Origin: Podarcis muralis | Lineage: Eukaryota | NCBI RefSeq assembly: GCF_964188315.1 | Contig: NC_135673.1 | Span: 31,806,001 to 31,870,000, forward strand | Length of the DNA stretch: 64,000 nucleotides | Reading direction: 5' to 3' | In this document: positions 56,301 through 64,000 of the stretch, piece after piece | Layout of the letters: the number at the start of each line of letters is the position of its first letter | Position numbering within the stretch: position 1 is the first letter of the stretch | Made by a program: the position numbers and the translations under genes | Notes under the pieces: generated by a model | Told to the model about the DNA's origin: nothing | Database searches by the model: none | What the model saw: only the letters and a program-made list of their open reading frames with translations

Positions 56301-59300
56301 TCCTTCTTTCATGACCTCTGAGTTATTTCCACAGGCGAGTTGAAATGAGCAATAATATGCTTCTGTGTGAAATTTGTATGACTCTCCCTTTTTTGTTGTT
56401 GTTGTACCTGGTAAGTCTATTATTTGCAGTATATCCTCACACGTTGGTGTTTATACCAAATCAATCCAAAAGTCCTTCTCTGGTGGCAAACGCCATCTTT
56501 TCTCAGTTCCGATGAAATAAAATCTAGGCATTTGCTCATTATTTTTTTCAGACAGGTTGCATCAAACATTAGTCTTTCCAGGGGAGATTTGCCAAATCAG
56601 ACTTGAAGTACAGATATAATAACAAATTAAGAGCTCGCCTCCCCCATGACTATTTATCTCTGCAACTCAGTCTATCCCATAATGGCGGATCCCAGTTAAA
56701 TAGTGCGTCACATCACTCTTTCGAAGAGTCTTTTATCTTCTTCCAGGTATTTAAAAAAACAAAGGCTTTAGTTAGTATTTGAATCAGTTGAATCCTAAGG
56801 GCATTCTTCTAAGAGTGGGTGACTCATTTAGGACTTTGAAGACAAAGGTTCAAATCCACCACTCAGACATGATGCTCAACTTAACCCTACATCACAGGGT
56901 AATTGTGAGGATTAATTAGGAGGTAGACATGTGCTATCTTGAACTTACTGGAAGAAGAAGAAGGTTTCCAATTGTTGTGTTTTGGGAAAGCTATGTTATC
57001 TTACAATAGGGTGTGCTGTATAAAGTGCAGCCCATGTCCTTTTCTCAGTGAGTGACTTCTTTGCTAACTTTCTAGGGATTTTCCTTCATGTAGTTCTGCA
57101 GACTAAGCTAAAATCCAGCTGCTCTGAGGGCGCCAGGTTTTAGTCTGAAACCAGCAATTCTCTGGTGTTGCTGCATCTTAGAGGGTGTGGTCCCAAACTT
57201 GTTAAACAAGATACTCCTTCTCCAGTAAAGCCAACCAATTTTTGCACTCTTAATGAGGTACCTCTGGAGTATCTAGGGATGAGATTTACTATTTGTGGTT
57301 TGCTCTCCACAAACCTATTCCTCCTTGGCTAAGCCATACCTCTCTTCACACATACAAAACAAGTAAGATACTTGCTTGTATACTTGAGGACAGAGAACAT
57401 GCTAAAAGATCAAGGAACTGGCTGGGAAGGAGGAGGTGGGTTATAAAGCACAGAGTGAGCAAAAACCATTACTGTATTAGGTTTTGTTTTTATTTTTGTT
57501 CATTACTTACCTTTCTCCCTTCCACTGCTAAAAGGAGCATTTGCTTTCCCCAGCTGGAAAAATGATAAAGATGAGCTTTATCTCATCTACTACAGGCTGC
57601 AAATGGTTTACAGAAAATGAAAAACACCTACCAAATAAAACCAGAGATTCCTGCTTGATTAAACATTGCTGAAATAGTGTGGTGTATCTACCATATTGCA
57701 TCATTTTCCAGACACTTGGGGGGCAGCTACTCCCTTGGCTCTTGGCCTTATAGCTGCCCTTTAGCTCTGCTCTAGGCTATTGTGGAACCTCTGACTCTTT
57801 TTCTCCTTTTTGTTTCCCTCGTTGTGGGTAGGGTTGCCCAATGCCTCTGGACTGGTTAGCCGTCGTAACATTATCTCCACATCCGATGCTTCGGTAGTGT
57901 CACGGGTAAAGCAGGCTGGCACCATCCCACTGGGTGTGACCAACTGCAGCGAGCTGTGCATGTGGTTTGAGTCGAGCAACCGGGTCTATGGTCGGACCAA
58001 CAACCCATATGACCTAGAGCGCATCGTAGGAGGCAGCTCAGGTGAGTGGGCTACCTCGTTTGTGAGAACATGCTGCACTGAACCGATAAATTACTCCTGG
58101 CCGATCAAATCTCCTGCTAGTGATTAACTGCTCATGTGATGGGGGTTTAAACAAGTGACCAGAACTCAGCAAGAAAGGAGGGCAGTTGGGAATACGTTGC
58201 TTATTTTTGACTTTGATACAGCATAGAAGTAGGGTTGTATAGGGATTGGGGACTGGAAAGCCACCTATAATAGTTTGCAAGTTAGGTATGCCAGTGATGC
58301 TTCTATTTTGTTGGATCTGCAAGTATTTGAGATTAGTACTGAGTAGCAAGACAATCCCTGGGGGACAAAAATCTGATTAGCCCACTCTGTTTCTCCATAT
58401 GTATTTCGGTCTCCCAGAGCAGATTTTGTGAGTGGCAAGTGCGGGGTTACTCAGATATGTCTGTGGTCCACTGCCAGTCTGTCCTTTGTTTCCCTTCCAG
58501 GAGGAGAAGGCTGCATCCTGGCAGCTGCTGGTTCTGTGATCGGTGTGGGCTCGGATATTGGGGGCAGCATCCGTATGCCGGCTTTCTTCAATGGCGTCTT
58601 TGGACACAAGCCCACCACTGGTACATTTCCCATTGCTTCTTTTTCCACCTAGTTAACTAAAAGAAAGGACAGAAAGAACAGTTGTAGGTTGTCTTGATGC
58701 TCTTCCCTCTCAAGAATTAGGGTTTATTTCCTTTGGAAGGTCATCTGGACCTTAAGGTAAACGCCTTTGGGAATTTGGGCATCCAGTTCAGAAGGAGAGT
58801 CAGCTACCGTTCCTGAAGGCCTGGCTGTTTTGGCTACACAAATTGGCATCTCAGTACAGTGGAACCTCGTGTTATGGGCGGGATCCGTTCCAGAGGCCCA
58901 TCCGTAACACTGAACTGATGCATGCCAAAGTGCCACGTCTGCACACCCGGAAGTAACCCATTCCAGTACTTCCAGGTTGCCATGGGACGCAACACGAAAA
59001 CACGTAACCTGAAGCGGACGCAGCATGAGGCATAACTGTAGTGGAGGCAGCAAGTCCAAATCTGGCAACGGTATCCTGTTGAAAACTTTTTTTAAAGCAT
59101 TGCATGGCTATTAAAAGACAGGAAGGCCCCTGCCTGCAGGTTCATAGACTAATACAAAAGCAATGTGAAGAGGTAAGAGAGCAAGACTTGCAACACCTGC
59201 TCCTTCTTTGGCCAGAGGATGGGGCCAGGATACTTTATCCCCGTTGCCATAATGTTCATTGTGTGGAACAGAAAGTGGACCCGAGTGTGCCTTCTTCAGT

Positions 59301-62300
59301 TCTGCAGTCTCAAGGTAACTGCCAGTAGCAGTGTCCTTTCTGTCAGAAAACTGATTAGGGTTCTGGTTTGGACCTAAACTAGCCTTGAATACAGTGCTCT
59401 GTGTATGGGAGAGGTGGCATATGAACCCAACTCTGTCACTAAACTAAAACGATGTAGTTTGTCATGCAAAGCTAAACTTGATGTGTTCGTCTAGGTGTGG
59501 TTCCCAATGACGGCCAATTCCCTAATGCTGTGGGCATTCGGACAAAGTTCCTGTGCACTGGCCCAATGTGCCGTTTTGCAGAGGACCTGGAACCCCTGTT
59601 GAGGGTCATGGCTGGGTCAGGTGTTACAAAGTAAGTGGTTCTTACTACTTTTGCAGTGCATAAAGTGAATTCTAGTCTGCTAAGAAGTGCAAATGTGTTT
59701 GGCGCCTGTCATTATTGTCACCAGCTGTCTTTGCCCCTGATGGTAGAGATCTGCACAGTGAGGGACAGGGCTAACTAAGGCAGAGGTCGGAATACGCCCC
59801 CCCTCCCTCCAATACCATGTAGGAAAGCTGATTTAACTGGCCGTTGAATCTTATTTCCACACTGGCTGTGGAACAGCATCCCTCACTGTGCCTCTGGGCA
59901 CCAGGCTTGCTTCAGGGGTGCAGCATTGGCTGCATAGCTCACTTGACTCTGTTATCCATTACTTTGCTCTACTCTGTACCCTCTATCATCCTCTGCCTTG
60001 GTCTGCCTAATGGAGGACAGTATCCCCACTGGTCTGGCGCCTTCGGTTGCCGTGGCATTTTTTTACCAAGAGTTGATTATAAGAACTTGGTGTACATCAA
60101 GGAGCTAGTCCACTCTGCCGACTTGAACTGAGGATGGGACCAAAGTGCTGCTCGCTTCTGACTTGTGGCCATCTTATTCCTTCCTATTCAGGTTGAAGCT
60201 GGATGAAAAAGTATCTCTAAAGAATGTGAAATTCTACTCCATGGAGCATGACGGAGGTTCTGTCTTTGTTTCCCCAGTGGACAAAGAGCTTCTTCAGGCT
60301 CATCGGAACGTAAGAGGAAACTGCACCTGGTAGCTTAAAAACTTGAGGGCCATCACAGTTATCAGGGAGTTTAGGTAGGCGTTTGGTAAATGGCAGCTGA
60401 GTCAGCCTGTGCAAATTTGCCTGTGCATGCCTTCGTGTGCCCCAGCGTACCTGGGCACTGTTTTGTCAGATTCATGCACAGGTCCATAGCTCAGTGGTAG
60501 AATATATCCTTTGCATGCAGAAGCCCCCTGCCCCATTCGGTTCCCAGCATCTCCAGATAGGAAAGAATCCCTTCTTTAAACCTTGGCTCTATATCTACTG
60601 GCTGTGTTATATTTATTATTAATAATAATAATTAAATGCATTTTTATAGGGAAAAAAGTCTCAGTTCAACTTGCAGCAAGATTATGAATATAAAGATAGC
60701 ATAAAATAGCCCCAAAGCAGTGCAATTATCTTGAAGTAGGATTGCCAAATCAAAATGGGAAATGTAAGGGCTACTGTGGAGCTTTGATAGCTAAGCTTAG
60801 GGTACATTTACATAATGTTCTGGTGAGCTGTGGAAGTCTTGAAGCTGGAGTGTAGGGAACAACCCTTATGTTCACTAGTGGTTGCAGTGAAAGTACCAAA
60901 GATTAAGGAGAACCACTCTCTATCCTTCTCTCTCTGTGTGTGAGAGAGTTCACACATGCATACCACCTTCACCCTGTGTGATGTATGCACATACTTGAAA
61001 AAAGTTGTTGCATAGCAAAGTCCGCAGACACAGTCTTCCTATCATGTTGCCTGAAGCAGAGTGGAGCTCCTCAGAAGTTCAGACGTCCATCTGTGAATGT
61101 CCAGGTGTTACCAGTCCTCCTAACTCTGATGTAGTGGTGATAATATTGTTTTGGTGTACTGTGTCTGTGTGGAATGAGAAGAATCCTATATTTTTCTTAA
61201 ATGCTCTTTGGCCCCCAGGCTTTCCATTCCTCCTTTAATAACTGTTTACTCAATGGCTGTTATTTTCTCTCTTATGTTTTCAAGGTGGTAAAGCACCTGG
61301 AGGCTGACCTGGGTGTTCAAGTTCAGCCTGTGAATATTCACAAAATGAAGTATTCCTTCCAGATCTGGTCTGTCATGATGTCTTCCAAGGACAGTGATGG
61401 GCAGGTATGTAAAATGCAAACCAGGGCGTAAGCCTACCTGCGACAGGGGAAGAACAGCAGCGATGGACAAATTGTCTTTCAGGGATGCTGATCTTCACAT
61501 GGAGGTTTCTGTGCACTTACATTGTTCTCTAGAGCAGTGTTTCCCAACCTTGTGCCTCCAGCTGTTTTTGAACTACAACTCCCATCATCCCTGACTAGCA
61601 AGACCAGTGGCAAGGGATGATGGGAATTGTAGTCCAAAAACAGCTGGAGGCACAAGGTTGGGAAACACTGCTCTAGAGCATGGTTCTAAAAAGTACATAG
61701 TTAGTCCTTCCTACGGGCCCCAATCTGTACTATACGTTTAAAGTAGTACCATGCTACCTTAAGCAATTATGGTTTCCCTCAAAGAATTCTGGGAACTGTA
61801 GTTTGTTAAGAGATTTGCTAGGAGATCCTTATTTCCCTCCCAGAGCTACAATTACCAGAATTCCCTGGAAAGAGGGATTGTTTTGTTTTTTAAAAAATAA
61901 TTTTTATTTGATTTTACAAGTATAAAATTGTAACAGTACAAAATACATAACAATATTTAGAGATTCTTCCAAAACTCTGGACTTCCCACCTTCCCCTCCA
62001 TGGGTCCTATTATCAACTGCATATTATTTAATCATCCAAATTTTATATCTCTCAATTTTTGTCCATAATACTTTCTACATTACAAGTGTTATTGTAATCC
62101 TGCTGACATTTTCGTCTGCTTACAGTGGTCCCTCAGGTAGATTGTAAATTTCCCCCATTCTTTATTAAAGTTTTGATCTTCTTGGTCCCTGAGCTTTCCG
62201 GTCAGTTTCACCATTTTGGCATAATCCAACAGCTTAGTTTGCCATTCTTCTCTGGTAGGGACTTTGTCTTCTTTCCATCTAGAAGAGAGATTGATTGTTA

Positions 62301-63530
62301 AACCAGTCTGGCAGTTGTAGCTCTGCGAGGAGAATAGGGATCTCCGAACAATGCTCAGCAACCGTAGCAAACTACACTTTGCAAGATTCTTTGGGAGATG
62401 CTGTACCATGACTGTTCAAGGTGACGTTGTCTTTTAAATGTCTGGTGCAGTTGGGACCCATGCCTGCTGCCATAGCTCTTGCTCCACTATGAAATATTTA
62501 TTTGTCATTGTACCTTGTAAAATTGAGAGAGGAGGTTTGGTACAGGCTGCAAACCATGCTTACAATATACTAGTTTAAAAAGCTAGAAGCAGAAAACGTT
62601 ATGGAATTCTCTTCGTCCTTGCTTCTCCATTCATATTCATATTACAGCAAACAGAAACCTTCACAGAGCTTCTTGGGGATCACGGAAAGCCAGTGTGGCC
62701 GTCATGGGAGCTGCTGAAGTGGATGATAGGGATGTCTTCACACACCATCCCAGCCATTGGTAACGTCCTGTTTTTAAACTTAAGAGTTTTATTCTAAAAT
62801 AGCTGCACTTCTTTGTTGTGCTAGTTCTATCCAGGTTGTTTGGCAATTTCCTGGTAACTAAATATGGAGTGCTGGCAAAGAAATGTATATAATAATGCTT
62901 GGGGCCAGAAGGTAGCATCATATATTTGGAAGGAAGATGGTGATGCTGACAATCTAGGACTGGGATAGCCAACATAGTGCCTTCCAGATGTTGGTGCACT
63001 ACTAGTCCCATCACCCCTGACCATTGGCCATGCAGGTAGGGGGCTGATGTCTGCTGGACTCCAACAACATATGGAGGGTACCAACATATGGTACTCATCC
63101 AGTACCATGGAAGTTTGGGAGTGAAAGGCAGCAAATAAAAGAGTTGTTTTCAAATGCTTGTGTACCTGCTCTTGGCTGTGGCCCGTGCTAAGGGATGATG
63201 GGACTTGTGGTCCAGCAATATCTGTAGGGCATCACATCGGCTACCCCTGTTCTAGTATATCATGTTATATATGATGCAGCCTTTTGCAGTGACTGCTGTT
63301 TGTCTTTGACCTACCTGCATCTCTGTGCTCTTTAGCACTAGGATTAACCGAGAAGGTGGTGAAATACAGTCCCAAAGTGAACGCTAAGCTAGCAAGCATG
63401 GCACAGAGTCTGCAGACCGAGATGGTGAATCTACTGGGAAGTGATGGTGTCCTCTTATATCCTTCACACCCTGTAGTTGCTCCCAAGCACCACACTCCTC
63501 TGGGGATGCCTTTCAATTTTGCCTACACGG
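50074..63530 (+). CDS. FAAH2: FAAH2 (fatty-acid amide hydrolase 2, amidase signature family), exons 1-10, 3'-partial: 50074-50322, 54472-54554, 55678-55814, 57832-58041, 58501-58620, 59495-59630, 60192-60309, 61285-61404, 62648-62759, 63336-63530
   Basis: Continuous frame across GT-AG junctions; catalytic elements GVPITIKE (Lys), GGSSGGEG and GSDIGGSIR (Ser-cisSer); each exon peptide aligns to human FAAH2. Confidence 0.97.
50353..50390. repeat. (AG)n microsatellite just downstream of the FAAH2 exon 1 donor
   Basis: About 19 AG units. Confidence 0.95.
52144..52266. mobile_element. hAT-type MITE
   Basis: TIRs TAAGGTTACCAG / CTGGTAACCTTA; perfect 8-bp TSD TTCTAAAC. Confidence 0.88.
52804..52969. 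mobile_element. Tc1/mariner-superfamily (Tc2-like) MITE
   Basis: Ends TA-CCGTATTTTTCC ... GGAAATATACAG; internal TATAAGATGCCCCC repeats; right end approximate. Confidence 0.65.
53002..53357 (-). mobile_element. Full-length Sauria SINE with TSD
   Basis: 12-bp TSD TAAGATTTCTTA (52990-53001, 53358-53369); tail, body and tRNA head present. Confidence 0.93.
53400..53640 (-). mobile_element. L1-type RT fragment
   Basis: IKGIEVGHRDYKLRAFADDVVL...FGEVAGFKISSDKTKML. Confidence 0.85.
54472..54554 (+). CDS. FAAH2: FAAH2 exon 2 (VKCIDVIETYIGRIKEVNPLINAVVKD)
   Basis: Acceptor TTTATTCCTTGCAG; donor CAG|GTGAGT. Confidence 0.95.
55678..55814 (+). CDS. FAAH2: FAAH2 exon 3 (FEAALEEAHQVD...FLGVPITIKEAFALY)
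   Basis: Acceptor CCCTCTCAG; donor ACG|GTATGT; contains the catalytic Lys. Confidence 0.95.
56072..56778 (-). mobile_element. L1-type insertion with 18-bp TSD
   Basis: TSD TTGAATCAGTTGAATCCT (56054-56071, 56779-56796); A-rich tail with AATAAA on the minus strand; TWKKIK-type ORF2 remnant. Confidence 0.8.
57832..58041 (+). CDS. FAAH2: FAAH2 exon 4 (LPNASGLVSRR...TNCSELCMWFESSNRVYGRTNNPYDLERIVGGSS)
   Basis: 210 nt; donor CAG|GTGAGT. Confidence 0.96.
58501..58620 (+). CDS. FAAH2: FAAH2 exon 5 (GEGCILAAAGSVIGVGSDIGGSIRMPAFFNGVFGHKPTT)
   Basis: Acceptor TTTCCCTTCCAG; nucleophile Ser motif. Confidence 0.96.
58857..59038. mobile_element. Tc1/mariner-type MITE (CpG-rich subfamily, opposite orientation to 27779)
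   Basis: TA-CAGTGGAACCTCG ... GAGGCATAACTG-TA. Confidence 0.75.
59495..59630 (+). CDS. FAAH2: FAAH2 exon 6 (VVPNDGQFPNAVGIRTKFLCTGPMCRFAEDLEPLLRVMAGSGVT)
   Basis: Acceptor TTCGTCTAG; donor AA|GTAAGT. Confidence 0.95.
60192..60309 (+). CDS. FAAH2: FAAH2 exon 7 (LKLDEKVSLKNVKFYSMEHDGGSVFVSPVDKELLQAHRN)
   Basis: Acceptor TTCCTATTCAG; donor AAC|GTAAGA. Confidence 0.95.
60482..60600 (+). mobile_element. tRNA-derived SINE head (not a tRNA gene)
   Basis: A-box-like TAGCTCAGTGGTAGA, degenerate T arm, continues into SINE body. Confidence 0.65.
61285..61404 (+). CDS. FAAH2: FAAH2 exon 8 (VVKHLEADLGVQVQPVNIHKMKYSFQIWSVMMSSKDSDGQ)
   Basis: Acceptor TGTTTTCAAG; donor CAG|GTATGT. Confidence 0.95.
61535..61670. 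mobile_element. hAT MITE (136 bp)
   Basis: Long TIRs CAGTGTTTCCCAACCTTGTGCCTCCAGCTG; perfect TSD CTCTAGAG. Confidence 0.92.
61888..62288 (-). mobile_element. L1-type 3' fragment inserted in an older MITE
   Basis: RWKEDKVPTREEWQTKLLDYAKMVKLTGKLRDQEDQNFNKEWGKFTIYL (L1 ORF2 C-terminus) plus A-rich tail. Confidence 0.85.
62648..62759 (+). CDS. FAAH2: FAAH2 exon 9 (QTETFTELLGDHGKPVWPSWELLKWMIGMSSHTIPAI)
   Basis: 112 nt; acceptor ATATTACAG; donor TTG|GTAACG. Confidence 0.92.
63336..63530 (+). CDS. FAAH2: FAAH2 exon 10 (LGLTEKVVKYSPK...GSDGVLLYPSHPVVAPKHHTPLGMPFNFAYT)
   Basis: 195 nt; acceptor CTCTTTAG; donor CGG|GTAAGG; exon 11 lies beyond the window. Confidence 0.95.
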
Positions 63531-64000
63531 GTAAGGAGTTCCTATTTTGCATATGCATGTATTACTCATGTACATTCTTTCAGTGTATATGATGCTTTGC
63601 AGAGTACAAGATGTTAGACAGGTCACTGCCTTAAGGAGCTTAGAATGTAAAAATTCAACACAGGAAAAGGAGAGGAAGCAGGAGACCAGGAGAAAAAGGG
63701 AAGCAGCATGCAGTAATTGTATTTCACCATTTGGGTGAATATGGTTTTCTTTGCCTGTGTACATGCTCATGTGCACCCACCGAACAGGACATAGCATATG
63801 ATACAGCCATATGTGTGCAGTACATGGGTATGTACTATACAATTCCACAGTACTGCTACCTCCAAACTAGGTTATACAACTTTTCCATGGGATTATGTTG
63901 ACCTCCTGATTCTGGGAAGTCTCTGGGTATGGAGCAAACTGTGCTTTGTTTATTAGGGGCCTCTGTGACATATTGTGTTTCATTAGCCAGTGCAGAACCC

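Noticed and set aside
60482-60560. tRNA-like sequence
   Set aside because: The A box is present but the T arm and B box are degenerate, no full cloverleaf forms, and it continues into a SINE body found elsewhere in the window.

Overview
Vertebrate genomic DNA with intron-containing genes. The repeat content (Sauria SINEs, CR1, L2, L1, Penelope, hAT and Tc1/mariner MITEs) indicates a squamate, most likely a lacertid lizard; this is an inference from repeat types. Five protein-coding genes can be reconstructed exon by exon: CMC4 (minus strand, first coding exon only; the rest lies left of the window), MTCP1 (minus, complete, 111 aa, nested in CMC4 intron 1), BRCC3 (plus, complete, 8 exons, 269 aa, head-to-head with MTCP1/CMC4), a divergent TMEM47-family paralog (plus, 3 coding exons, 175 aa) and FAAH2 (plus, exons 1-10; the last exon is beyond the window). 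The most notable observations are: (i) at the MTCP1 stop codon an ATTAAA signal and a strong 5' splice site are packed into about 16 nt, so splicing to CMC4 would give an mRNA with a uORF, MTCP1 and CMC4 in one frame, each separated by 15 nt; (ii) BRCC3 has an AT-AC minor-spliceosome intron with a possible in-frame GT-AG bypass; (iii) two damaged minimal hammerhead-ribozyme motifs from Penelope-like elements lie within 1 kb, one inside a perfect 46-bp palindrome; (iv) a phase-consistent chain of candidate upstream exons, including a 9-nt microexon, could feed the TMEM47-like gene; (v) BRCC3 appears unusually divergent and has a C-terminal extension. No CRISPR array, rRNA or bona fide tRNA gene was found. 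Comparisons with human proteins are from recalled sequences, not from a search.
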